IMG/VR virus record: IMGVR_UViG_3300014838_000025
Coordinates: 1-55,597 of that record
Origin: a virus
Lineage: Duplodnaviria; Caudoviricetes
Reading direction: 5' to 3' (one strand)
DNA: 55,597 nucleotides
Position 1 is the first letter of the stretch. Each line of letters begins with the position of its first letter. The position numbers and the translations under genes were made by a program. This document shows, piece by piece, positions 44,636 through 53,994 of the stretch. The notes beneath the pieces were generated by a model, which worked only from the letters and a program-made list of their open reading frames with translations, ran no database searches and was not told the DNA's origin.

Positions 44636-47600
44636 TTACACCCAACGCCATGCTTCAGGATCATTCTCAAGTTCCTCTTGCTGCTCCTCAAACTCCGCAA
44701 TCGCCTCTGCTGTTATGTCCTCCTCAGGCATCCCTTCTTCGAAGTGAAGCCTTCGGGCCGTACCGTCCTTATCGTGGATGGGGCTGTAGTCGATTGATTG
44801 ATAGTCCGATGGAACCTTATGCTTCTTCCCGGCCAACTCCACCGTCGCCGTCGCTCCTGATGTTCTCTCAATCATTGATCCAGGGTGCTTGCCCGCAATT
44901 CTCTGCGCTTCGTTCTGCGAAGTCGTCTCTGCAATCTTTGTTCTCCAACGGTCAAGGATCGTGAAGCGGTTTGCTTCTGCCGGAACCTCTTGGGACTTGT
45001 CCCTTTGCCGTTGCGTCTCTTCTCCATCGTGCCCACAGTACAGCGCGATATGCAGCGCCATCACCAAGTCAGCGTGAGCGCCTTCCTCATTTTCTTCCGC
45101 TCCGTCTTCGGTGAAATCTTGGAACTCATCGACTGTGAACTTGTCCCGAATAATCAGAAGATCATCTATCAAGACTTTCGACATCTTTGACATCAAACCA
45201 CGCTTAGACTTGTAATCAGTCCACCAGCCAATTATGTCGGTCATGAAGTGCTTCAACCTGTCCATACGCTTGAACCGAAATATGTTCTCGTATTCGAGTT
45301 GCCGGACAAGTTCGTTGTTCGTGACCATCCCCATTGAATTTACTTCGACAGCAGCGAGTGCTTCGTTGTACATCCAGCCAATTGCAAGCACCTTTTCGGC
45401 AAGCGATTGAGGATCAATGTATCCGTGCCACATGGCTACCTGCTCATCTTTTTGGTAGCCACTGCTCATCTTTAGAACCTGAATTGCAGAGTAGTGTCCT
45501 CCGTCATTTCCAAGTGACACGTCCACACCCATCACATATTGTTCTTTTTTGATCGGAAGTTCCCAAATGTGGAACCTGTTTTCAGTTTTGGGGTAGTGAA
45601 TCTCTTCCGTTTTTTCTACTCTGTGAATGTGAGTGACTGGCTTCCCGGCCTTGAAGTCGTAACTGATTTCTCCAATCCACAACGGCTTCATTATCTTCTT
45701 GCTGAGTTTGTTGATGATGCCACGGGGATAAGCCGTGATGACTCCGGTCTGAAAACTCTCCTCTGCGTTTGCCGAATTGTGAACGAGGATTCCGTTTGCA
45801 GAAAACAGATGGGAGTTAGCTACTGTGATGTCGAAAACTTCCTCTTCGCCTTCGGGAGAGACAGAGATTACTTCATCCTGAAACACGATTTTTGCCTGTG
45901 GCCGCCCAATCTTCTTTTCGACAACCCTCTGGCGACTACGCTTCCTTTCACCGATAAATCCTATTTCCTCGCAGAACCGCCTAGCTTCGGCTGCCCGCAA
46001 GTCAAGAGCATTCCCAATGAACATTCCTCCTCTGGGATTTTTCTTATTTTGACTAACTAGCCTCGACGTGATCCCAAACCCAAGCAGCAACACTTGAATG
46101 TTTCGTAGAAATTCTTTCCCTTTTGCGAATAGCGATACGCGGCTGCCTTCATATCCACAGAATCCGTCGGCCTCAAACAGACCACGCAAGAACTCTTTGA
46201 CGATATGCTTAGGTGATTTGAAAATGATTTCCGGCACCATAACGCGACGGTGCGGCTTTTCCTTTTGCCATATTCCCATCCGCTTGAGTGTGTGTGCGAA
46301 CTCTGCACAGCCGACCGATATATTCACTCCTCTCTGTTTAGTTCCAGACGGTCTTGCGTGGCAAATTCCAAAATACTTCGTCATCAAACGGCTGATGTCT
46401 TCGACGACATCTTGATCCTTTTTGTTGCAAGCAAAGATCACAGACGTATGGTGATAGCAACCATCTCCCATAAAGTACCCAAGAAATCTGGCAATATCCT
46501 CATCGACAAGGATGGAGCACGATATATCGAATGGTTCTTTCCACTCAATGCGTTGTAGGCTTTTCCCAAATTCTGGTGGACAAAGCGTTACGGTATGCCC
46601 ACTTAAATCTCCCAGTTGAATATCGCCACTGTCTAATGTCGGAACACGATGCTCAAACGTACCGACTACGTTGTAGCCTAATTTTGTGACAGCCCTATAG
46701 ACCTTGGCAGTTCCCTGAGGCAGCCAGTTGGTAATCGCATTTCCTCCAGCCGAGAGGTCTGCGTGGCTCTTCAATTCCCCGATTGGGACAAGTCCGCTGC
46801 TAGTCGAAATTAGGGTTGATCCAATCAGACAATATTCCTGCGCGAACATCTTGTCGTCGCCGTGCGTAGCTATGAAACCTTGAAGTGTCTTGCGTCTCCA
46901 GTTGAGGACTTCATCCTTAATGAAGAATCCGTTTTCCTCTTTAATCTGGGTCCGCAATAGACGTTCATCTTCCGTCAGAACAAAAGTCTCGCCTTTCGGA
47001 ATCGGAAGTGAGTAAGTTTTCTCACGGCGGTAGAACGGAATGTAAATCGGCCTCCAGTCAATGTCTCCCGACTCTGCCTTGCGCCACAGATTGTGCCACG
47101 GATTATTTCTTCCTTTCGGGGTAGAGATCATCACGTAGAACCCATTCGCAGAGTTCATCGTAGGAAACAGAGCAAGCGTAAGCTGCTTCGCATCACTCCA
47201 GAATGCCAATTCGTCTAGGTGAGCATACTTGAACGTCTTTCCTCTTCCGGCCCCGGTCGGCTTGTTTCCGTTATCTACATAGATTCTTGTTTTCAAACCG
47301 GGACGAATGTCGCGTAGTTGGTCGTCTTTCTCATCAAAGTCAATGAACTTTCCAGCCTCTTGATAGCGGATTCTAGGACGCATCCACCACGGCAGGAAGT
47401 CCAACGCCGCCGCATACATGTCAACGATGAACCGGGACTGATCTGCGTCTTGAGCAACAATCAAGGTGTTGACGTGCTTACTAAAGATTGTCTTGTGAAA
47501 GATTTCTCCGCCAATGTAGGTGCTTCCGCCCATCTGACGAGCCTTGTCGATGATGGCTTTTACTTTTCCATCTTCTATTTCTAAACGTCTGAATTCATCG

Positions 47601-47857
47601 TGGAGAATTTCCTGAGAATCCCAGAACGGATATAGACCCGTGAACCCTTTGTCTTCGGTTTTGATCGCATAATAATTACTCAGGAAATAACGGCAGTCCG
47701 TCATGCAGTGAAGAATTTCTTGGTCAAGCCAATCGTTGTCACTAGCCGATAGGTGATCTCTTGCTTGATCCGAATCACCTTTGTACTTTTGAAGGTGAAG
47801 GTCCAGAATTTCGATGATCTCAGCTAAGTACGGGTTGGCTCGATTGATTGACTGCAT
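44636..47857 (-). CDS. terL: Terminase large subunit, intein-containing
   Basis: KARQMGGST (Walker A region), HLDELAFW (Walker B), ISTPKG, nuclease MGVDVS and HADLVMA. Confidence 0.93.
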   Translation of the reverse strand: MQSINRANPYLAEIIEILDLHLQKYKGDSDQARDHLSASDNDWLDQEILHCMTDCRYFLSNYYAIKTEDKGFTGLYPFWDSQEILHDEFRRLEIEDGKVKAIIDKARQMGGSTYIGGEIFHKTIFSKHVNTLIVAQDADQSRFIVDMYAAALDFLPWWMRPRIRYQEAGKFIDFDEKDDQLRDIRPGLKTRIYVDNGNKPTGAGRGKTFKYAHLDELAFWSDAKQLTLALFPTMNSANGFYVMISTPKGRNNPWHNLWRKAESGDIDWRPIYIPFYRREKTYSLPIPKGETFVLTEDERLLRTQIKEENGFFIKDEVLNWRRKTLQGFIATHGDDKMFAQEYCLIGSTLISTSSGLVPIGELKSHADLSAGGNAITNWLPQGTAKVYRAVTKLGYNVVGTFEHRVPTLDSGDIQLGDLSGHTVTLCPPEFGKSLQRIEWKEPFDISCSILVDEDIARFLGYFMGDGCYHHTSVIFACNKKDQDVVEDISRLMTKYFGICHARPSGTKQRGVNISVGCAEFAHTLKRMGIWQKEKPHRRVMVPEIIFKSPKHIVKEFLRGLFEADGFCGYEGSRVSLFAKGKEFLRNIQVLLLGFGITSRLVSQNKKNPRGGMFIGNALDLRAAEARRFCEEIGFIGERKRSRQRVVEKKIGRPQAKIVFQDEVISVSPEGEEEVFDITVANSHLFSANGILVHNSANAEESFQTGVITAYPRGIINKLSKKIMKPLWIGEISYDFKAGKPVTHIHRVEKTEEIHYPKTENRFHIWELPIKKEQYVMGVDVSLGNDGGHYSAIQVLKMSSGYQKDEQVAMWHGYIDPQSLAEKVLAIGWMYNEALAAVEVNSMGMVTNNELVRQLEYENIFRFKRMDRLKHFMTDIIGWWTDYKSKRGLMSKMSKVLIDDLLIIRDKFTVDEFQDFTEDGAEENEEGAHADLVMALHIALYCGHDGEETQRQRDKSQEVPAEANRFTILDRWRTKIAETTSQNEAQRIAGKHPGSMIERTSGATATVELAGKKHKVPSDYQSIDYSPIHDKDGTARRLHFEEGMPEEDITAEAIAEFEEQQEELENDPEAWRWV
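45776..46831 (-). mobile_element. Intein with LAGLIDADG homing endonuclease (352 aa)
   Basis: QEY|CLIGST...TFEH...LGYFMGDG...FLRGLFEADG...VFDITV...GILVHN|S. Confidence 0.93.
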
Positions 47858-47859
47858 GG

Positions 47860-48483
47860 CTAACCATTCTCCTCTTCCCCGTCATCCTCATCATCGTCAT
47901 CATCGCCAGCATCAATCTCTTTCGGGACTCCGATAACTTCCGGGGGAAGAAGGTTATGTTCCTCTGCCTTTTTCCGAAGCCTAGACAGACGCTCCTCATA
48001 GGTTTCCGCCCCGCTCATGTTTGCGATCTGGTTTACCGGATTGAAGTTGTTCTCAACTAACGGACCCTTCGGCTGCTGTGTGGCAACGATGGAGTTCAAC
48101 ACCCGCATTGCTTCCAAACGGGTAATTTTGTCTTCCATTCGCACTACGTTTGTCTTTCCGGTTTTTTCGTTCTTGACCTCAACCAACTCCGTCGCGGCCA
48201 GCAAATTATGTAAAGTCTCTTTGGCTTGAGGAATCGAGGAAATTACAAGGTCGCGCAAGGACAGATCAAACTCTACTCGGTCGTTCCGCTTTCGGTAGGC
48301 ATCGACCTCCACAATAGACTGCTTGGCCGTCGCTACAGAGATGCCCTCTGACTTCGCAACGGCCTTTGCAGCTTCTTCTGGAGAACCACCTACGGCCTGC
48401 GCCTTGAGCCATCTCATCAGATGGAGTGGATTGTCCATCAGGCTCTTGCGGTAGACCTCACGTACTCCTTGCTTCTTAGGCAT
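47860..48483 (-). CDS. Putative terminase small subunit
   Basis: Directly upstream of terL; helical with HTH-like N-terminus and acidic tail. Confidence 0.45.
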   Translation of the reverse strand: MPKKQGVREVYRKSLMDNPLHLMRWLKAQAVGGSPEEAAKAVAKSEGISVATAKQSIVEVDAYRKRNDRVEFDLSLRDLVISSIPQAKETLHNLLAATELVEVKNEKTGKTNVVRMEDKITRLEAMRVLNSIVATQQPKGPLVENNFNPVNQIANMSGAETYEERLSRLRKKAEEHNLLPPEVIGVPKEIDAGDDDDDEDDGEEENG

Positions 48484-48992
48484 TATGCCTCTTCCCCTAC
48501 GGCTGCACGCGGTTCATCTTCGTTGTCCGGCTCAATTCCCCTAGCTCGGAGTTCTTCCAAAGCCTGAGCATCCATTATGTCCTGTTCATCCTGCTCAAGA
48601 ATTCTCAAGTCCGTATCTTCCGGCTTGGCTGGTTCTGCGGTTGGAAACTTGTCCCAAACCGGAGTCGGGAACGGTGGTGCTCCAGTTGAAGGAGGCATCG
48701 TTGACGCTCGTCCTAGAGGCGGTTGCGGATTCTCTTGTCCAAAATTTGGATTCGCAGCCTGCGTAATCGACCGCATGAAGGACAACTCACCATGTACCGC
48801 TACTAGAGATGCACGGGCCTCATAGAGACGCATGGTGACTTCTTTGATGGCTGTGTTGGTTTTAATTAAGACCGTAACGAGGTCTCTTACTAGCCTCCAC
48901 ACACCATTGATTCCTCGCACAATGTAGAAGACAGCTACGAGGAACAAGGCCGTCGCCAGAACGCTCAGTAGAACTACATCCAACACACTCAC
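48483..48992 (-). CDS. Membrane-anchored hypothetical protein
   Basis: N-terminal transmembrane helix plus coiled coil. Confidence 0.6.
   Translation of the reverse strand: MSVLDVVLLSVLATALFLVAVFYIVRGINGVWRLVRDLVTVLIKTNTAIKEVTMRLYEARASLVAVHGELSFMRSITQAANPNFGQENPQPPLGRASTMPPSTGAPPFPTPVWDKFPTAEPAKPEDTDLRILEQDEQDIMDAQALEELRARGIEPDNEDEPRAAVGEEA
48736..48752. repeat. 17-bp palindrome (copy 7, intragenic)
   Basis: tgtccaaaatttggatt. Confidence 0.7.
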
Positions 48993-49234
48993 ACGACTAC
49001 CTCACTCGGCCTCACAGCCGTACATTCAGCCGTCAACATCACGTTGACCTCTGTCTTGTAAGAGCACCCTGTCTCTTTGTTGTGACACTCGTAGCGGATA
49101 CACTCAACTCCGCGACGGCTCTTGATGACTTGCGGTTTCAAAATGCTTCCGCACGTATGACATGCCACGTCAGCGGCAACCAGTGGTGAATGGTCGGGAA
49201 CAGTTTTCTGCAAGGTGTTTCTCCTTTGAAGCAA
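48989..49234 (-). CDS. Small Zn-ribbon-like hypothetical protein
   Basis: CHTC...CHNKETGC. Confidence 0.5.
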   Translation of the reverse strand: MLQRRNTLQKTVPDHSPLVAADVACHTCGSILKPQVIKSRRGVECIRYECHNKETGCSYKTEVNVMLTAECTAVRPSEVVV

Positions 49235-49766
49235 GATAGATAGCTTGTTGAATTCTCCAACTTCCGAACAGCCTCAACACTTCCTTTTTTCGAACATCGT
49301 TCACTCGGTCAATAAAGAATGTCCCGGTCAGATGATCGAGTTCGTGTTGAGCCACAACCGCATCCATGCCTTGAAGTTCGTACACTTCTCTCCAATGAGG
49401 ATTCTGCGATGTTCCAAACTCAATCTTTATTTTCTGAGGACGGGGAACCTTACACCCGTTGCCGACCGGAGGGATGCTCAAGCACGCTTCAAACCCGTCA
49501 ATCTCGTGCCCATACATCTGAACAATCTCGGGATTCACAACGTCTACAACGCTGCGATCTCGCATCTCCATGACGAAGAAATTTTTGAACACTCCTACCT
49601 GCGGAGCGGCCAACCCTGAGCCGTTGTTCTGCCGCATGATACTCAGCATGTAGGTTCTCAACTCCGGCAAAGAGTCGTACTCATCGAACCCTACATCTTC
49701 GCACTTGTGGTTTATCATTTGCGGCCCGTAGATCAGCAACCGCTCTCGCTTCGGAATCTCGATCAT
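49170..49766 (-). CDS. def: Peptide deformylase
   Basis: GSGLAAPQVG, EACLS (EGCLS variant), QHELDHL. Confidence 0.92.
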   Translation of the reverse strand: MIEIPKRERLLIYGPQMINHKCEDVGFDEYDSLPELRTYMLSIMRQNNGSGLAAPQVGVFKNFFVMEMRDRSVVDVVNPEIVQMYGHEIDGFEACLSIPPVGNGCKVPRPQKIKIEFGTSQNPHWREVYELQGMDAVVAQHELDHLTGTFFIDRVNDVRKKEVLRLFGSWRIQQAIYLASKEKHLAENCSRPFTTGCR

Positions 49767-49771
49767 GGCTG

Positions 49772-50251
49772 TTATCTCGGAACTAAGATGCTCGGCTGCT
49801 TCGTCGCCGTCTTGATAAACGCTTCAACGGCTTCCGGCATAGGCTTCTTTGCGAATGCCTGAAGCCGTTCGAAATCTTCTTTCTTCCAGTTTTCGATTGC
49901 GATCCGGTGAACGTGACACGGAATGGAGTTCGTACACTCGCACCCAAGAAACGTATTCAACCGTCGCCTTGCTTCCTTCTTCCACTCGAAGTGCTCAGGC
50001 TCAGTCGGCATCAACAGATAATCAGCGGCGCAAGAGAGTCCATCCCCCCTCAGTCCGCAAGCCTTGCCTAGAATCATCAATCCATTCGGCGTGTTTGCCG
50101 GACAGACCATGTAGCCGATGTTCTTCCAAGTCCGTCTGCCTTTGGAAACTTCCTCTGTGACCGGGACCGCTATAGGCTCCGGTTCAACGTGAATGTGTGC
50201 TTCCCCGCGCCTGTCTATGACCTTGAACCCGTGTTCCTCAGAACTGGACAT
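49772..50251 (-). CDS. Hypothetical protein
   Basis: SD GGAGG; GFKVIDRR N-terminus. Confidence 0.55.
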   Translation of the reverse strand: MSSSEEHGFKVIDRRGEAHIHVEPEPIAVPVTEEVSKGRRTWKNIGYMVCPANTPNGLMILGKACGLRGDGLSCAADYLLMPTEPEHFEWKKEARRRLNTFLGCECTNSIPCHVHRIAIENWKKEDFERLQAFAKKPMPEAVEAFIKTATKQPSILVPR

Positions 50252-50459
50252 CGTAGACACCCTCCGAAATCTTCCGCACCGTTTCCCCCGGATGCAGGCA
50301 ATATGCAAGAATCAATTCCTTCGAGTAGGGAACCTCTCCCAACCCAACCTTCTTCTTCTCTTTGTCTTTGTGCTGGTAAAGAACCAAGCAACCGTGCTCG
50401 ACTGCCAGTTCCCCTTTTTCAATCTCGACAGGAGTGCCACTTCCGAGAGTCAGTTTCAA
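50238..50459 (-). CDS. Hypothetical protein
   Basis: Coupled ORF. Confidence 0.45.
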   Translation of the reverse strand: MKLTLGSGTPVEIEKGELAVEHGCLVLYQHKDKEKKKVGLGEVPYSKELILAYCLHPGETVRKISEGVYDVQF

Positions 50460-50743
50460 TTTGCCTTTCCTTTCTCTGATTTACCCATAGAACTCAGTTC
50501 GGCCTGCGCCTCCTCGTGCATCTTCTTTTCTATCTCCCGGTTTCGGTTTTCTTCTATTGAGTTGATGAACATCTGTTTGGCAATTTGAAGAATTCCCAAA
50601 GTCCATGCGACATTCCCATTCGTGCGAAGGGTCTCAACCGCCCCGAACTCGGTCTCAACAATAATGATTATGTTGGAGTTCTTCCATCGCTGCATGACCT
50701 TCATTGCCATCGTTGCAAAGTCCGCTCCCGGCTCGTCTGCCAT
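50456..50743 (-). CDS. Hypothetical protein
   Basis: TAATG coupling, SD AAAGGA. Confidence 0.55.
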   Translation of the reverse strand: MADEPGADFATMAMKVMQRWKNSNIIIIVETEFGAVETLRTNGNVAWTLGILQIAKQMFINSIEENRNREIEKKMHEEAQAELSSMGKSEKGKAN

Positions 50744-50997
50744 TAGTTCGGTTTCCTTTCGACGTGAAGCACCATTGGCCGCTCGTTTGGAACGATCTTG
50801 ATTGTCGGACGGCAGAAGCACCCACGATTACATTCGTGCGCTCCGAAACTGTATCCGTCCTGAGTTTCAAAGCAGGGAACAATGTGAACATCTCCATAGT
50901 CTGTGTTGGAATAAAGAATCTTCTCATCCGAACTTACCAACCGAATCGCGTTTTGTTTGCGATCTTCAATAGCGATGGCCCACATTGTTCCCTCCAT
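50743..50997 (-). CDS. Hypothetical protein
   Basis: HECNRGCFCRP motif. Confidence 0.55.
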   Translation of the reverse strand: MEGTMWAIAIEDRKQNAIRLVSSDEKILYSNTDYGDVHIVPCFETQDGYSFGAHECNRGCFCRPTIKIVPNERPMVLHVERKPN

Positions 50998-51006
50998 TCC
51001 GTACTG

Positions 51007-51207
51007 TTAACGAATAACTCGCCCTGAACCTAAAGGGTACAAGGCAAAATTTCCTGACACGAGACTGAGCAACATTATCAGGATGATGACAGCGAAGATC
51101 ACGTTCACGATCCAGCGCATCGGTGGAGGAACTGGTATCTGCTGCAATATCCACCACACGACTGCGGCGACAATGCAGAGAATTACGAGATTGATAAGCA
51201 AGCCCAT
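51007..51207 (-). CDS. Two-helix membrane protein (holin candidate)
   Basis: Two hydrophobic helices separated by PVPPP; SD AAGGAG. Confidence 0.6.
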   Translation of the reverse strand: MGLLINLVILCIVAAVVWWILQQIPVPPPMRWIVNVIFAVIILIMLLSLVSGNFALYPLGSGRVIR

Positions 51208-51226
51208 ACACTTCTCCTTTACTGCT

Positions 51227-52108
51227 TTACCAAGCCTTACCTTCGTGCATCATCCACATGTCCGAGACGCCTAGACCTGCTCCGCCCGGATCGTTGTAGT
51301 CGAAGAACGCATACGGCATCCAGTAGCATCCACGATCCGTGCGCCCAGAAATAGACAGACCGAACACCGTTCCCCACGAGTTCTGTACAAACACGCCGCC
51401 GCCTGTGCCATCGGGGAACGCAATCGTGTCGTCGTAGTCGAGCACAAGCTGGGCATGTTCGCCGAGCAAGTTCTCTGACGTGGTAGGCATTGGCATAAAC
51501 CCGGTGTTGGTGAGTTGATCGCCTTCAAAAGAGTCGTACACGTTGATTCCGATGCCCACAGCATATCCGCTGGCAATCGACATCTTGACTTCTTGGATCG
51601 TCGGCAGGGAGTGGTACGGACCACCCTTGTAAGCCAGCGCTTCCGCGTACTGCTCCGGCGTCGGAGTAGTCGAGTAGTCGCTGTCGTTATACGGTTGCTG
51701 AGATTCAAGGCAGCATCCAAGCTGATTGAGCGTCACGAAGGTTTGGTGGATGCTTGACCCTGCATCCGTGCCTAGGTCGCCGTCTGCGATGAGGTTGGTA
51801 AGATAGGCGAAGTCGGCAGAGGCCATGAAATCAGCCACGGCGACCGTTTGGTTCTTTTCCCACATGAACAGCTTGCGGTACATCCAATCGCGGTATTCCG
51901 CTTTAAGTTGTCCGGTGCAGCTTCCCTCTTGCCCTTGATCCCTGATCTTGCCTGCCCACTGTGAGGTTGTAGCTTTCGGCGGGAGCACAAGGTTGGTCGG
52001 AGCGTTCAACCGCAGCAACTTCTTTGCGGGATGATACGGATTATCGTGGAACAAACCAAAGCGGTGTCCACCCGGAGACAACGGTAAAAAGCTCATCTTC
52101 TTCTCCAA
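51227..52108 (-). CDS. Papain-like C1 cysteine peptidase
   Basis: IRDQGQEGSCTG, GEHAQLV, QNSWG catalytic motifs. Confidence 0.9.
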   Translation of the reverse strand: MEKKMSFLPLSPGGHRFGLFHDNPYHPAKKLLRLNAPTNLVLPPKATTSQWAGKIRDQGQEGSCTGQLKAEYRDWMYRKLFMWEKNQTVAVADFMASADFAYLTNLIADGDLGTDAGSSIHQTFVTLNQLGCCLESQQPYNDSDYSTTPTPEQYAEALAYKGGPYHSLPTIQEVKMSIASGYAVGIGINVYDSFEGDQLTNTGFMPMPTTSENLLGEHAQLVLDYDDTIAFPDGTGGGVFVQNSWGTVFGLSISGRTDRGCYWMPYAFFDYNDPGGAGLGVSDMWMMHEGKAW

Positions 52109-52140
52109 TCACACAAGCGGCCCTTTCGAGCCGCCATCTC

Positions 52141-52716
52141 TTAGTTGATTGCTACCGGAGTCAACGAACCGTCCGTCGCCACAATCTTGTTCCACCTGTC
52201 TTTGAACTCCCGACTGGAGTCGCCCCACCTCGTCACATGAACAGGTGTCACCGACCGTCGAGGATGACCCGCGTTAACGCTTGCCGGAGTAGATGCTGGC
52301 AGCATGGCGAGAATCGATTCAATCGTGCCAATTCCCAAGTCCACAAGCGCGAGGATTCCAGCACAATTGGCGCTGTCGCCGTCTAAGCCGCTTACGTGAG
52401 CGACCTTTCCATCATTGACGACCGCAGCGCAGATCGGAATCAGGTTCAGGTCATCTTCGACGATATTCAAAGCCTCAATCGCGTCTTGCGCCGGAGTTCC
52501 CGACTTCCAAGCCAAAACCGCTGCACTTGCCTTCTCCGTATCCGTCTTGATCTTCGTAGCCAGCGCCGTGTTGCCCTCAATCGCCGCGATACTCGCCGTC
52601 GCATTCCCCAAGACCGTAACCAACCCCGACAGCGCCGTGTTTGTTAAACATGCAGTCATCATCCCGCACATCAGGACCAAGACCGCCATCAATACCACTC
52701 CAAAAACTCTCTTCAT
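52141..52716 (-). CDS. Putative lipoprotein
   Basis: MKR, hydrophobic stretch, MTAC lipobox-like sequence. Confidence 0.65.
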   Translation of the reverse strand: MKRVFGVVLMAVLVLMCGMMTACLTNTALSGLVTVLGNATASIAAIEGNTALATKIKTDTEKASAAVLAWKSGTPAQDAIEALNIVEDDLNLIPICAAVVNDGKVAHVSGLDGDSANCAGILALVDLGIGTIESILAMLPASTPASVNAGHPRRSVTPVHVTRWGDSSREFKDRWNKIVATDGSLTPVAIN

Positions 52717-52755
52717 AAAATTCCTCTTCTCAACCCTACAGCGTTAACTGCCCTC

Positions 52756-52772
52756 AGTCCAAATTTCAGACT
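52756..52772. repeat. 17-bp palindrome (degenerate copy 8)
   Basis: agtccaaatttcagact. Confidence 0.6.
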
Positions 52773-52789
52773 CGCCGCCAAATCCAACC

Positions 52790-53032
52790 CTAAGCCGCTA
52801 AACTCCCAACCGCCTCCAACAAATCCGCCACCGTAACCAACCTCACACTCCACCCTTCCCCAAACTCAACCCCAAACTGATCCTCTAACTCAATCGCTAT
52901 CTGCGCGAACTCCAACTCGTCCATTCCCAAATCCTCACGCAGATCATCGTCCAACTTCAAATCTTCCATCTTGTACCCGCTGATCTTCTCGAAAACCTCC
53001 AACACCATCCCCTTCACACGCTCCTTATTCAT
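52790..53032 (-). CDS. Acyl-carrier-protein-like protein lacking the phosphopantetheine serine
   Basis: EDLGMDELEFAQIAIELEDQFGVEF...TVADL; ACP consensus is DLGxDSL...LEEEFG. Confidence 0.75.
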   Translation of the reverse strand: MNKERVKGMVLEVFEKISGYKMEDLKLDDDLREDLGMDELEFAQIAIELEDQFGVEFGEGWSVRLVTVADLLEAVGSLAA

Positions 53033-53348
53033 ACCCCCTCCCAAAACTCGCTTCCCAACTCTTCCCCGCCTCAAACTGATCTTGCTCAACCTTAACCCCA
53101 CAACCCGTCGTGAAGTGGTCCCCCATCCATTTCAACTCCCACTTCTTTCCGCACCCGCACTCCAACTTCACCACAGCCCCAACAGCTTTCGGAACCCTCG
53201 CAACCAAATTCCCTCCGCACTCGCACGCAAAATTAAACGCCGTCAAATCCTCGCCCGAGGCCGCTAAGTCAATCCCAACTACACACCCCGGAACCAATGC
53301 CGCACTTCCAAACCCCAACATCTTCAGAAAACCCCTTCTGTCCTGCAT
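53025..53348 (-). CDS. Twin-arginine-motif protein with Cys pairs
   Basis: MQDRRGFLKMLGFG; CECG...CGCG; SD GGAGG. Confidence 0.6.
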   Translation of the reverse strand: MQDRRGFLKMLGFGSAALVPGCVVGIDLAASGEDLTAFNFACECGGNLVARVPKAVGAVVKLECGCGKKWELKWMGDHFTTGCGVKVEQDQFEAGKSWEASFGRGYE

Positions 53349-53994
53349 TTCAAACCCTCCCAAATTCCTACACTCAAATCTTGCCAACATACTACATCAA
53401 ACTTCCCCATTATCAAAACTTTTCCCTTGACACATACCATTCCCGTCAAACTCTCTAAATGAAAATTAGGAACATCAAAACAAAAAACAAAACTTCTGCG
53501 CTGACCAGCATAGTCCCTCCGCCGCCGCCATACCCCCATACCCCTTGATCCGAGTCGGGGAGCGTGGTGGGGTGGGCGTGGCTGCTGCCGTGGGCGGGCG
53601 GGCGGGCCGTGGGGCGTGGGCGTGCCCGGAGCGGGGCGGGGCATGGGGCGGGCTGGATGGATGGCAGGGGCCGGGGCGATCTGGCGAGGAAGGAAGCGAA
53701 GGCGCGGCGATCCGGCGCGGCTGCGTCGTCGTGCGCTGCTGGATGCTGACAAGGATCGGCGCGGCTGCGTCTGGTCTCCTGCTGGCGGGTGCGCTGGCTG
53801 TCGTCGTCTGGTGCTGGTGCTCTCTCTGTAATGCCTCACTGTGCGCCGCTGTGCCTGTCCAGTCCCTACGGCGAAAGCAAGGTGCCTCAGTACCACCCAA
53901 GTCTTAGCGGCGCGTCCTGGGGCTTCCTACGGGCCTGTTTTGAGGCACAACAAAGCCCACGGCGAACCGTGGGCCGTTTCCTCCTACTCTCCTG

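Noticed and set aside
53324-53907. Pro/Arg/Gly-rich ORFs on both strands
   Set aside because: They are a by-product of extreme GC content and skew, with no SD and no protein-like composition.
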